Shown here one piece after another: positions 1 to 8,197 of a stretch of DNA of 62,355 nucleotides. The stretch is from a virus (lineage: Duplodnaviria; Caudoviricetes): positions 1-62,355 of the IMG/VR virus record IMGVR_UViG_3300035156_000134; one strand, given 5' to 3'. The position numbers and the translations under genes are program-made. The stretch's first letter is position 1; every line of letters starts with the position of its first letter. The notes beneath the pieces are model-generated. The model had not been told where the DNA came from, made no database searches, and saw only the letters and a list, made by a program, of their open reading frames with translations.

Positions 1-172
1 GCTCGTTGAAGAGCTTGCGGTGGAGCTTATCCATCCGCTTGATCAGCGCCTCAGCCTGTTTGGCTACAGGTCCCTTCCTGTGGTTCGCATCAGCGAAGCT
101 GTCACGGTCCTGGCACGCGTAGTGAAGCGCTAATGAGATGGTCTGTAGGTCGGACTTGGTGAGGTTGGTCAT
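1..172 (-). CDS. Hypothetical early protein, truncated by window edge (allele of 61389-61640)
   Basis: MTNLTKSDLQTISLALHYACQDRDSFADANHRKG matches 61389-61640; ATG overlaps stop of upstream gene. Confidence 0.75.
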   Translation of the reverse strand, partial: MTNLTKSDLQTISLALHYACQDRDSFADANHRKGPVAKQAEALIKRMDKLHRKLFNE

Positions 173-549
173 GAGTGATAGTCCTTATACTTCTCCCACT
201 GCGCAGCCTCGAGCACTTCTCGGGCGAGAGCTCGTGGATCATTATGGCCTGCAGCGATCTCCTCCAGAGCCTTGGCCAGATGGGTACCAGCGGAGCCGTA
301 GACCGACCGGAAGACGTCGTTGTTGAACCGTTTCTGGCCAGCCTCATTGCTGGCCTGCTCTCGGGCCGCCACCTTGACGGGATCATGAGTTCCACAGTAG
401 CCATTCTCCTTGGCCTTGTGGCTGCACTGCTTGTAGGTGGGCCAGCGGCCGAGGTAGGTCGTCACAGCGGCCTTGCAGCGGGTTGGATCAACAGCGCGCT
501 TGGCGTCCGTGGTGCCGCCGCTGCGTGGGTTGTAATCGTGGACAGGCAT
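169..549 (-). CDS. Hypothetical early protein with Cys/His zinc-finger-like motif
   Basis: Start MPVHDY follows CTGCTGAGGAG RBS; RCKA..QCSH..YCGTH motif; conserved in second copy 61637-62017. Confidence 0.8.
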   Translation of the reverse strand: MPVHDYNPRSGGTTDAKRAVDPTRCKAAVTTYLGRWPTYKQCSHKAKENGYCGTHDPVKVAAREQASNEAGQKRFNNDVFRSVYGSAGTHLAKALEEIAAGHNDPRALAREVLEAAQWEKYKDYHS

Positions 550-556
550 GTCAGTG

Positions 557-603
557 CTCCTCAGCAGATGAGACCTACATATACGCTCCAATGCCACTGT
601 ACA
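557..603 (-). promoter_or_regulatory. Phage promoter plus leader/RBS motif
   Basis: TGTACA (598-603)-N16-TATGTA, then CTGCTGAGGAG (557-567). Confidence 0.7.
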
Positions 604-727
604 CACTTAATTTCATTGATGCTCAAAAGATGGCCGCACCTGACTGAACAGGCACGGCCATAGGTTCCACGGAACTGTCGGGCTGCGGTAGACTTCCGTG
701 GTAAGCGAACTGTGTAGCCGGACAGGC

Positions 728-886
728 TCAGGTGTAGGTGGGCTTCCTGAGCGTCACGGGAGCACGGCCATAGTACTTCTTGATGAAGCGCTGGGCCTTC
801 GGCTCCGGCCCCTTGAACTGCTTGCGGCTGTTCAGGTAGACGGTGACGGTCTTGTCCTTGTTGTAGTTGCATTGCAGGTTAGGCAT
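728..886 (-). CDS. Small basic hypothetical protein (MPNLQCNYNK...)
   Basis: TGCTGAAAGGAG RBS at 894-905, TGTACA at 934-939; conserved in terminal repeat. Confidence 0.7.
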   Translation of the reverse strand: MPNLQCNYNKDKTVTVYLNSRKQFKGPEPKAQRFIKKYYGRAPVTLRKPTYT

Positions 887-1004
887 GGTGTTTCTCCTTT
901 CAGCATGCTCAACCTTGCACACCAACATGTTCATGTACATAATCCATATGGGCTATCAGGCCGCAAAGTGCGTAACCTACGTTAGCTTTATGGCCACTTT
1001 GTGC

Positions 1005-1175
1005 CTAATCGATGCGTTTCTCACAGTTCACACAGTACCACCCGATGGTCCCGCTGTGCCAGCGGCCTTGAGTCGAGCAGTCCTTGCACCTCGGCGGTTC
1101 CTGACTGAACAGGCGCTGCATGACCTTCTTGACCGACTCAGCATCGTCGATGTCCTGCGGTGTCGGTTCGCGCAT
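1005..1175 (-). CDS. Small zinc-ribbon protein
   Basis: CKDC...CVNC; AAGGAGG RBS before MREPT. Confidence 0.6.
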   Translation of the reverse strand: MREPTPQDIDDAESVKKVMQRLFSQEPPRCKDCSTQGRWHSGTIGWYCVNCEKRID

Positions 1176-1389
1176 CTCGTGCCTCCTTAGCAGCTGCGAG
1201 CTTGAGGATCTCGAAGATCTTGCCATGCTTAGGCATCCCCATGGACCGATGCCACTGGCTGCTGTTGCCCCACACCTCCCATGGCCTGCCTGCTCCGTAG
1301 AGCTGGCGCTTGAGGACCGCATACGGGCCGGCATGGTCAGACCGAACCACGTACTTCTCATCGTAATAGATGATGTGCTGCTCGGTCAT
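1138..1389 (-). CDS. Hypothetical protein
   Basis: ATGA overlap with upstream gene; packed leftward operon. Confidence 0.5.
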   Translation of the reverse strand: MTEQHIIYYDEKYVVRSDHAGPYAVLKRQLYGAGRPWEVWGNSSQWHRSMGMPKHGKIFEILKLAAAKEARDARTDTAGHRRC

Positions 1390-1682
1390 ACCAGCTCCAT
1401 CGGTTGGTCGGCGAGCAGGAAGATGTCCTCGCTCGACGGTTCGATCTTGGTGAAGCACGCCTGCGGCCATGCCCAATCGATCATGACAGCCGTGTGAGGA
1501 GCCGGCAAGAAGGCCAACACCTCTCGGCCACATCGGTTGCATTCGGCCACGCCGACGTCAGTCACCCTATAGGTGGCACGCAGCACAGGCTGGGGATAAC
1601 GAGGCGTGGCGATCTCAGGGTCACCACAACACGGACTGTCGAGGCTGACGCAGACCACCACGTCGTTCGTGTCGAAGCTCAT
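1386..1682 (-). CDS. Hypothetical protein (GDxVVC-type small phage protein)
   Basis: ATGA-coupled; N-terminus resembles 2259-2552. Confidence 0.65.
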   Translation of the reverse strand: MSFDTNDVVVCVSLDSPCCGDPEIATPRYPQPVLRATYRVTDVGVAECNRCGREVLAFLPAPHTAVMIDWAWPQACFTKIEPSSEDIFLLADQPMELV

Positions 1683-1945
1683 GCCCGCACCCTCGCCAAG
1701 GCCACATCGATCAGCCTGGGCCGGACGTAGCCGATCACATGGAAGCCGATCAGCTCGTAGCCACGCAGCCTCTCCTCGCGGTCGTCATGGACGATGATGA
1801 ACGGGCGGTTGACATTGTACAGCGTGACAATGCCCTTGCCCTGCGTGGCCTTCAGCTCGACCAGGTTCTGTCCAAACGCCTCTCGGACCCAGTCCACGGC
1901 CCGGCTGTAGCTGTCCGTCAGGATCGCTAGGTGCAGTATTGTCAT
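1679..1945 (-). CDS. Hypothetical protein
   Basis: AAGGAG RBS before MTILHL; coupled to next gene. Confidence 0.65.
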   Translation of the reverse strand: MTILHLAILTDSYSRAVDWVREAFGQNLVELKATQGKGIVTLYNVNRPFIIVHDDREERLRGYELIGFHVIGYVRPRLIDVALARVRA

Positions 1946-2074
1946 GATGGCTCCTTCTTTGGCTTCCGCTTCCTGCACAGCAGTGGGAAGTTATGGCGGT
2001 GACGGATCTCGGTCGGGCTGCCGAGCAAGAACCTCTGACCACACGAGCACAGCGTGTAGTCGGACCAGTGACGC

Positions 2075-2266
2075 TTAGGCACGGGTGTCGGTCATGACTA
2101 CGATCAAAGCGACCAGACGGTACCGAGCCTCAGGCGCGCACCGCTTCGCAGCCTCATACTCCTTGACCGCGATTGCCTTGTCGCTATACCATGGACTAGC
2201 TGCAACCCAGCACGTGGCACCACGCTTCGTCGTGGCCTTGCGCACCACTCGATATTGATCACGCAT
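2075..2266 (-). CDS. Hypothetical protein
   Basis: Overlapping operon geometry. Confidence 0.55.
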   Translation of the reverse strand: MRDQYRVVRKATTKRGATCWVAASPWYSDKAIAVKEYEAAKRCAPEARYRLVALIVVMTDTRA

Positions 2267-2552
2267 CTTCGGTCACCTTTGCTAGGTTCTTGATGTCGAG
2301 CTTCACGAGCTTGTCGAAGTACCAGCCTGGCTCGGCATCAGGCAGCTTCTTGTGTTTGCGCTTCACGAACAGCAGGTAGCCCATGTACGGCGATGGATCC
2401 AACCCCTCGAGCTGAACGCCAAGGCCATAGAAGCTCTTGTAGATCCCGCCGACCGTATAGACCTCGCCGAGCACAGGCCTGACAGCTGGCCGCATGGCAT
2501 CATCACAGCCTGCTGGCCTGGTGCAGACCACCTCGTCACCGACAGCGATCAC
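2259..2552 (-). CDS. Hypothetical protein
   Basis: GTGA-coupled; VGDEVVC start. Confidence 0.65.
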   Translation of the reverse strand: MIAVGDEVVCTRPAGCDDAMRPAVRPVLGEVYTVGGIYKSFYGLGVQLEGLDPSPYMGYLLFVKRKHKKLPDAEPGWYFDKLVKLDIKNLAKVTEDA

Positions 2553-2764
2553 GACTCATTTTCCTCTTGAAACCAGATCATTCCGGCAACTGGCACGAAG
2601 ATCAGCGGTCGAGGGTGTGGACTCAACTCTTCCCACAACTTGATCAAGGCTGTCATGATCTCGTCATGCCTAGCGTCGTTGGGGACCATGGCAGTCCCGA
2701 GCACGAACTTGGCATGGCCAGGATACTGGCACTCAGCGCACCACGCTCTCATCGGTTGGGCCAT
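2549..2764 (-). CDS. Hypothetical protein
   Basis: Coupled ORF in leftward operon. Confidence 0.6.
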   Translation of the reverse strand: MAQPMRAWCAECQYPGHAKFVLGTAMVPNDARHDEIMTALIKLWEELSPHPRPLIFVPVAGMIWFQEENES

Positions 2765-3090
2765 CAGCGTGGGTCCAATTCGTTCAGGTGCGTCCGCTTG
2801 CGAACGTTGGCCATCGTGGCCTCGAGTGTGGCATGAGCACGGTCGTACCGTAGCCGCATGTCTGCGATCTCAGTGTTCAGCTTGACAGCATCTGCCAGCT
2901 TGAGAGCGAACAGGATCTGAGCTTCACTGAGACCGATCTGAGCACCAGCGACGTCGACAAGGAACTCACCAATTGGTGCCACGCCGACGATCCTTGCGCC
3001 GGCGACAAACGGATAAAAGTCCACCCGCCAATAGGCATACGTGCAGACCGTGTCGTTCGTGTCGAAGACGGGTTTGACCTTACGCATCAT
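2764..3090 (-). CDS. Hypothetical protein
   Basis: AAGGAG RBS, ATGA coupling. Confidence 0.6.
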   Translation of the reverse strand: MMRKVKPVFDTNDTVCTYAYWRVDFYPFVAGARIVGVAPIGEFLVDVAGAQIGLSEAQILFALKLADAVKLNTEIADMRLRYDRAHATLEATMANVRKRTHLNELDPR

Positions 3091-3245
3091 GCCTTCTCCT
3101 TCAACCGAACGGCTGCGGTGTAGCCGGCACGTTGGCATGACACCATCCAGAGTCCGGCCTGATAGGCTGCTTCTTCGATGGTTTCAAACTGGTCGCATGT
3201 TTCTTGCCAATCATTGGCAAGGTGCATAGACTCAAATGTCCACAT
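3087..3245 (-). CDS. Hypothetical protein, first gene of a leftward operon
   Basis: Start MWTFES after CTGCTGAGGAG. Confidence 0.65.
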   Translation of the reverse strand: MWTFESMHLANDWQETCDQFETIEEAAYQAGLWMVSCQRAGYTAAVRLKEKA

Positions 3246-3252
3246 GGCTTGT

Positions 3253-3300
3253 CTCCTCAGCAGATGCACATTACCTACAGCCGTTGAGCAATCATGTACA
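3253..3300 (-). promoter_or_regulatory. Phage promoter plus leader/RBS motif
   Basis: TGTACA (3295-3300)-N17-TAGGTA; CTGCTGAGGAG 3253-3263. Confidence 0.8.
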
Positions 3301-3362
3301 CACATAAGTTCATAAAGCTCAAAATAAATGGCGGCGAGCCTGAGCCCACCGCCACATAGTAG

Positions 3363-3971
3363 TCAGACCATCTTGTTGCCGATGTCCATGTCGGCTTCAG
3401 GATCATCCCGATCATTGAGTTCACCGAGCACCTCCTGCATGGAGACGTCAAACGACTCGAGCAGCGTGTCCACCATCATGGCCAGCTTGTCGGCCACGTC
3501 CTTTCGGCTGCCGTTCTTGCCGGCCATCTTGGCGATCGCGTAGGTCATGATCACCGTGCCGATCAGACGCCGCCGCTCGATCTGCTGCATCGCCTCAGGG
3601 AACTCGTCGACATGTTCGACCGAGCCCTTGATCGACCGGGTGACTGTCTCGCCCCTGACGCCGCCACCTCCGACTCCCATGATCGGAGTCGAGTTGGCCT
3701 CGAACGCTTTGGTCAGCTCATCCTCAATGCCAACGAACTGAGGGATCGGCATAGTGATGTCCATCGGATCCAGACCGGCGTGACGCATAAAGATGTCGGC
3801 CATTTCATTGCAGGCGTCGGGCACGGCCAGACAGGCGAGCTGGGACATACCGGCATGGAGGATGGCGAGCTGGCCAACTGCACTTTGATGGGCGACCACG
3901 TCCATGCCCGTACGTAGGGTGAGCATCTGGATGAGCTCTTCGGTCGACGGAACTGCGTTCTCGGTTTGCAT
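3363..3971 (-). CDS. Hypothetical acidic protein
   Basis: 202 aa, CTGCTGAAGGA RBS at 3980-3990, hairpin downstream at ~3328-3355. Confidence 0.8.
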   Translation of the reverse strand: MQTENAVPSTEELIQMLTLRTGMDVVAHQSAVGQLAILHAGMSQLACLAVPDACNEMADIFMRHAGLDPMDITMPIPQFVGIEDELTKAFEANSTPIMGVGGGGVRGETVTRSIKGSVEHVDEFPEAMQQIERRRLIGTVIMTYAIAKMAGKNGSRKDVADKLAMMVDTLLESFDVSMQEVLGELNDRDDPEADMDIGNKMV

Positions 3972-4016
3972 ATTGTATATCCTTCAGCAGCCGCCACCAT
4001 GGCGGCAGGCCACACG

Positions 4017-4068
4017 GATCTACCCTACGAACTTGACAGTGTACATTGAAGAATGGCCGAGATAGCCT
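4017..4068. promoter_or_regulatory. Bidirectional promoter sharing one palindromic -35 box
   Basis: TGTACA 4040-4045; + strand N17-TAGCCT, - strand N17-TAGATC; sits at the strand switch. Confidence 0.7.
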
Positions 4069-4094
4069 GATGCCACTGCTGAAGAGGAACCACC

Positions 4095-4334
4095 ATGATC
4101 TTGATCACTGCCCCATCCAATGGCAACTACATCTGGGTCGTCAAAGACCCGGCTGATGCCCGAGCCATCGCACTCAAGACCGGGTTCCCAACCATCGAGC
4201 AGGCCAAGGATGACGGCCTCGGGTTCATCCTCATGTTGAAAGAAGAGCAGGACTCATGCAACCCAACCCATACAACTACGACGATGAGCCCATCGAAGAT
4301 GAGCCAGTCGCTTTCACAGCCCTCGGCTGCGTGA
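4095..4334 (+). CDS. Hypothetical protein
   Basis: CTGCTGAAGAGG RBS at 4076-4087. Confidence 0.55.
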   Translation: MILITAPSNGNYIWVVKDPADARAIALKTGFPTIEQAKDDGLGFILMLKEEQDSCNPTHTTTTMSPSKMSQSLSQPSAA

Positions 4335-4423
4335 TCGCCTTAGCCTCGGCGTTAACGGTGCTGACCTTGGTCGGCCTCGGCGTCCGCTGGCTGGTCCAGA
4401 CTGCTTGGTCGGCTGTGTCATGA
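4256..4423 (+). CDS. Small membrane protein (55 aa, below ORF-track cutoff)
   Basis: MQPNPYNYDD...hydrophobic stretch; stop overlaps next ATG. Confidence 0.45.
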   Translation: MQPNPYNYDDEPIEDEPVAFTALGCVIALASALTVLTLVGLGVRWLVQTAWSAVS

Positions 4424-4692
4424 TCCCTCGCGTGATCGCCGGGTTCACCCGAGCCTTAGCGAAGCCGAAGAACTGGGATGAGGCGAAGAACGGTCCGTGC
4501 CTCGGCCTCCCGATCCTGGACCACGTGGACGAGAACGGCGAGCCGAGCATGATCAGTGCTTGGCAGCCGACTGACGAAGAGATCATCCGCATTATGGAGG
4601 GTGCACCCGTGTATCTTCGTGTGCGTGGGACCATTCATCCGCCTGTCGGCATCTGGGCCGGCGACGCACCTGAGGACCAAGGCGGCGCGTAG
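4420..4692 (+). CDS. Conserved-type phage hypothetical protein
   Basis: PKNWD..GPC.GLPI..SAWQPT.EE..HPPV pattern. Confidence 0.7.
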   Translation: MIPRVIAGFTRALAKPKNWDEAKNGPCLGLPILDHVDENGEPSMISAWQPTDEEIIRIMEGAPVYLRVRGTIHPPVGIWAGDAPEDQGGA

Positions 4693-4708
4693 CGAGCCAA
4701 CGTTTTTA

Positions 4709-4737
4709 TGTACTAAGGTCCAAGCGGTTGCTACATA
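4709..4737 (+). promoter_or_regulatory. Promoter of candidate sRNA
   Basis: TGTACT-N17-TACATA with T-tract upstream; predicted +1 at ~4744-4745. Confidence 0.65.
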
Positions 4738-4743
4738 TTCCTC

Positions 4744-4831
4744 TGTCAGACCATGGTCGGGTCCTAGCGGACCGGACTCCCGCGTGCCTCGTCGCCGCCT
4801 ACTCTCCTTCAGCAGCGGCCATGGTCTGGCA
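4744..4831 (+). ncRNA. Candidate small RNA antisense to the shared phage leader/RBS motif
   Basis: 16-bp closing stem 4744-4759/4816-4831 with two G-U pairs valid only on + strand; inner hairpin 4760-4773; CTCCTTCAGCAG at 4804-4815; no credible ORF. Confidence 0.65.
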
Positions 4832-4836
4832 CTCCA

Positions 4837-4865
4837 TGTACATCGTCGAGACTTTGAGGTAGAGG
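4837..4865 (+). promoter_or_regulatory. Promoter of holin-like gene
   Basis: TGTACA-N17-TAGAGG. Confidence 0.55.
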
Positions 4866-4914
4866 CCGTGGCTGGCATGCCCTGCAGGGTCTAAGCCGAC
4901 AACGGGAGAACCTC

Positions 4915-5142
4915 ATGAAGAACATCATCGAGTTGCTCAAGGGCAAGAAGACCTACATCGTCGCGATCATCGCCGTCTTGGTGTCGCTGCTGGGCTATCT
5001 GGACGGCTCCATGTCGAGTGTGGAAGCCCTCTACGCGGTCCTGGCAGCTCTCGGCTTCACCAGCGTACGCGCCGGTTCGAAGACCGATGCGATCGCAGTG
5101 ATCGAGTCGAGGCCGACCAACAACTCCAACGCCGTTCCGTAA
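4915..5142 (+). CDS. Holin-like small membrane protein
   Basis: 75 aa, LKGKKTYIVA start, two hydrophobic helices. Confidence 0.6.
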   Translation: MKNIIELLKGKKTYIVAIIAVLVSLLGYLDGSMSSVEALYAVLAALGFTSVRAGSKTDAIAVIESRPTNNSNAVP

Positions 5143-5164
5143 GCGAGAGCTGTCGGGTTGCAGG

Positions 5165-5205
5165 GAAACCCTGGCTGACCAAGCGGTTGGCCAGGGTTTC
5201 TTTTT
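5165..5205 (+). terminator. Rho-independent terminator
   Basis: GAAACCCTGGCTGACC/GGTTGGCCAGGGTTTC stem plus TTTTT. Confidence 0.9.
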
Positions 5206-5264
5206 GCCTGTTTACAAGATGCTCGGAACTACGTTACCACCAAGCCCCTGCTGTAGGAGGTTTC

Positions 5265-5660
5265 ATGCTTAGACCGAACGATGTAATTGGCTGGTTCAAC
5301 CTCCGATCCCAGAAAGGGATGGGGGAAATGGCCCAGCTCACCGACGGGCTGCTAGTTGGTGGACAGATCGTGATTGGCGGGTCCGAGGCCAATATCAAGA
5401 AGGCCCACTCGTTTATGGCCGGCCGCGCCCGCATGGGCCGCATGGCTTCGATCAAGGACGCAGTGCTCGACCCGGACAAGCCGACCACGTTCGACACGCC
5501 GGCCATCGTCCAGCTGCTGCTGATCCAGGCCAACGAAACCTTCCACTCGACTGCTGACACGCTCCTCACGATGATCCAAGACATCACCGATGACGGCCAT
5601 GACGTGTCGGTTGCCCTCCAGCTCGCTCGCGAGCAGGTCAACGCCGTCCACAAGCTCTAA
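5265..5660 (+). CDS. Hypothetical protein
   Basis: TTTACA promoter at 5211 and CTGCTGTAGGAG RBS at 5248-5259. Confidence 0.7.
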   Translation: MLRPNDVIGWFNLRSQKGMGEMAQLTDGLLVGGQIVIGGSEANIKKAHSFMAGRARMGRMASIKDAVLDPDKPTTFDTPAIVQLLLIQANETFHSTADTLLTMIQDITDDGHDVSVALQLAREQVNAVHKL

Positions 5661-5669
5661 GGGTCAGAC

Positions 5670-5978
5670 ATGAAGAACCAGACACAGGCCGTCAAGGATG
5701 TGGTCGCCGAGCGCCTTCGCCAGCAGACCGAAGAGGGTCACACCATTGAGTCCGACGTGAAAGACAATCTGCCCGGCGAGATGGCGCTTGGCGCAGCTGC
5801 GATGGCAGCCCAGACCGGCACGATGATGGCCCGAGGCGAAGACGCAGTCCGCGGAGGAACTCCGTCGCTGTGGCCATGGCCGGCCGGATACAAGTGGCAT
5901 GACGAACGACGGAACCTCGTGATCGCCGCGGCCCTGATCCTGGCCGAGATCGAGCGTCTCGACGCCAGCAAGCAATAG
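5670..5978 (+). CDS. Conserved phage hypothetical protein
   Basis: DVVAERLRQ..EG..WPW..RRNLVIAAALILAEIERLD pattern common in phages. Confidence 0.8.
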   Translation: MKNQTQAVKDVVAERLRQQTEEGHTIESDVKDNLPGEMALGAAAMAAQTGTMMARGEDAVRGGTPSLWPWPAGYKWHDERRNLVIAAALILAEIERLDASKQ

Positions 5979-5982
5979 ATGT

Positions 5983-8112
5983 ATGGCAACACCGTCGAGT
6001 GCACGCAAGGTCAAGCGTGCGACCAAGAGTAGCGTCCCGAAAGGGAGCTCAGCCGAGACCAAGCTGGGCGTAGAGAAGCTGCTGACCTCAGGCCTGTCGA
6101 TGCAGGACGCTGTAGATCTAGGCATCGAGATGCTCTCGGGCTTTCAGACTGCAGCGCTGCATCCGAGCTTCGCCGCCAAGGCCAGCTTGAAGCTGAACTA
6201 CTACGACCTGTCGGGAGCCCCACTGAAGCCTAGGCCGAAGTGGCCGGACTTCTATCGGATCCGGTACCTCGAGGACGTGACCGATGAGGTCAGCTTCGAG
6301 GCAGCGACCGACAAGAAACCACTTCGCTACACCAACGAGCCCGAGGCCGGTGTTGCTGCCTACTTCCCGAAGATCGTGGATTGGTTCGAGCTAGCGGGCG
6401 ACCCGCACAAGCCCCTGATCATCACCGAGGGCGAGCTGAAGGCAGCCAAGGCCTGTAAGGAGGGCTTTGACTCCATCGGGCTCGGTGGCGTGTTCAACTT
6501 CAAGAGCGTGCGGAACGGGATCCCCTTCCTGCCCGAGCTCGAGGAGATCGACTGGGTCAAGCGGATCGTCTACATCTGCTATGACAGCGACTACCGCACG
6601 AACCCGAACGTTTGCATCGCCCTGAACCAGCTGGCTGAGGAGCTGGTGGAGCGGGGCGCTCTGGTCTACGCGCTGAGCCTGCCGGACATGCTGGACGACG
6701 GCAAGACGGGCCTGGACGACCTGCTCTGCAACGCGCCTGACGCCAACAACATGATGCGGGGCCTGCTCAGCGCTGCGGAGCCGATCGGGCTCGCTCGGCC
6801 GCTGTGGCAGCTGAACGACAAAGTCGTCTATGTCCGGGACCCTGGCCTCATCTTGGTTCGCAAGAGCCAGCAGAAGATGTCGCCCGAGGCGTTCAAGAGC
6901 CATGCGTTTGCAACCGTGAACTATACCGAGCAGCTGCTCAGGTCCGACGGCGAGATGAGCTACAAGAAGGTTGGCGCTGCGGGCCCGTGGATGAGCTGGC
7001 CGCTTCGGGCTGAGGTCACGCAGCTGCTCTACCTGCCGGGCGCTGAGAAGATGGTGCCGGACCAAGACGGGCTGGCCTTCAACATCTGGAAGGGCTGGGG
7101 CTGCGAGCCGATCAAAGGCGACATCGGCCCATGGAAGCAGCTGCTTGACCACCTGTTCGTCGGCGCTGACCCTGAGGACCGCAAGTGGTTCGAGCGGTGG
7201 TGCGCCTACCCGATCCAGAACCCAGGCGTGAAGCTCTTCAGCGCCTGCGTGTTCCACGGGACCAAGCACGGCACGGGCAAGTCCCTGGTCGGCTACATGC
7301 TTGGTCGCATCTACGGGAAGAACTTCGTCGAGATCAACAAGGACAATCTGACGGCGGGCAACTACGACTGGGCCGAGGCCAAGCAGTTCGTGCTCGGCGA
7401 TGAGGTGACCGGCTCTGCCAAGCGTGATGTGAACGACATGCTGAAGAAGCTGATCACGCAGGAGTCGTTCCGCATCAACATCAAGTACGTGCCGACCTTC
7501 GAGATCAAGGACGTCATCAACTACTTCTTCACCTCGAACCACCCGGACGCCTTCTTCATGGAGGACAACGAGCGCCGCTACTTCATCCACGAGATCAAGA
7601 CAGGTCCGCTCGACGATGCCTTCTACGAGATGTTCGATGAGTGGATGAAGCGGGGGCCAGGGCCGAGTGCCTTGTTCCACTACATGCTGAACCTCGATCT
7701 GGGCGACTTCAACCCACACGCGCCGGCTCGGAAGACGGTGGCTCGTCAGCGCATGATCGCCGACACCAAGTCAGACCTCGGCGAGTGGGTGCATCGGCTC
7801 CTGGCGGACCCGGACAGCATGCTGAAGCTCGGCCATGTCCACGCCGACCGGGATCTGTTCACGAACCGTGAACTGCTAGTCATGTATGATCCTGAGCAGC
7901 GGACGGGCACGACTGCCAACGGCCTCGGCCGAGAGCTCCGTCGGTCCGGCGTCACGCTCGCGTACGATGGCGGCGTGTTGCCGGGCAAAGACGGCTCGGA
8001 CCGCTACTACATCATCCGCAACCTCGACAAGTGGGTCGGCGCGAACCGCCAACAGTTGGTCAAGCACCTCGACGCAACGAAAAAAGTTCGCAGCACAAGC
8101 AAAAAGTTCTAA
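5983..8112 (+). CDS. DNA primase-helicase (DUF3854/Toprim-like + SF3-type NTPase)
   Basis: ITEGELKA, YDSD, KTGLDD primase motifs; GTGKS Walker A, DE Walker B, TSNH, RRY. Confidence 0.9.
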   Translation: MATPSSARKVKRATKSSVPKGSSAETKLGVEKLLTSGLSMQDAVDLGIEMLSGFQTAALHPSFAAKASLKLNYYDLSGAPLKPRPKWPDFYRIRYLEDVTDEVSFEAATDKKPLRYTNEPEAGVAAYFPKIVDWFELAGDPHKPLIITEGELKAAKACKEGFDSIGLGGVFNFKSVRNGIPFLPELEEIDWVKRIVYICYDSDYRTNPNVCIALNQLAEELVERGALVYALSLPDMLDDGKTGLDDLLCNAPDANNMMRGLLSAAEPIGLARPLWQLNDKVVYVRDPGLILVRKSQQKMSPEAFKSHAFATVNYTEQLLRSDGEMSYKKVGAAGPWMSWPLRAEVTQLLYLPGAEKMVPDQDGLAFNIWKGWGCEPIKGDIGPWKQLLDHLFVGADPEDRKWFERWCAYPIQNPGVKLFSACVFHGTKHGTGKSLVGYMLGRIYGKNFVEINKDNLTAGNYDWAEAKQFVLGDEVTGSAKRDVNDMLKKLITQESFRINIKYVPTFEIKDVINYFFTSNHPDAFFMEDNERRYFIHEIKTGPLDDAFYEMFDEWMKRGPGPSALFHYMLNLDLGDFNPHAPARKTVARQRMIADTKSDLGEWVHRLLADPDSMLKLGHVHADRDLFTNRELLVMYDPEQRTGTTANGLGRELRRSGVTLAYDGGVLPGKDGSDRYYIIRNLDKWVGANRQQLVKHLDATKKVRSTSKKF

Positions 8113-8120
8113 ATTGGCTG

Positions 8121-8197
8121 TGTACATGCGGGCTCACGGTGATACGCATGATCCTGCTGAAGGAGCGCCGACACGCTTAGTGCCCCTTCTGCTTTTT
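8121..8197 (+). promoter_or_regulatory. Promoter and leader with motif inside a terminator-like hairpin
   Basis: TGTACA 8121; CTGCTGAAGGAG 8154-8165 pairs imperfectly with GTGCCCCTTCTGC, followed by TTTTT. Confidence 0.5.

Larger units (their letters stand above)
1..884. repeat. Terminal direct repeat, copy 1 (diverged from copy 2)
   Basis: Colinear with 61472-62355; first 99 nt and last 126 nt identical, interior has many substitutions and small indels. Confidence 0.95.

Noticed and set aside
4744-4831. tRNA or intrinsic terminator
   Set aside because: No cloverleaf, T-loop or CCA; 56-nt interior and no U-tract
4314-4894. ORFs 4456-4878(-), 4556-4894(+) and 4314-4634(-) across the sRNA locus
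   Set aside because: No RBS, overlap the real 4420-4692 gene, atypical composition; region better explained as structured RNA
6391-7719. Long antisense ORFs (also 9372-10259, 10449-11624, 21495-22550, 36382-37725, 37894-39525, 44150-45448, 49757-50803)
   Set aside because: Shadow frames of high-GC genes on the opposite strand
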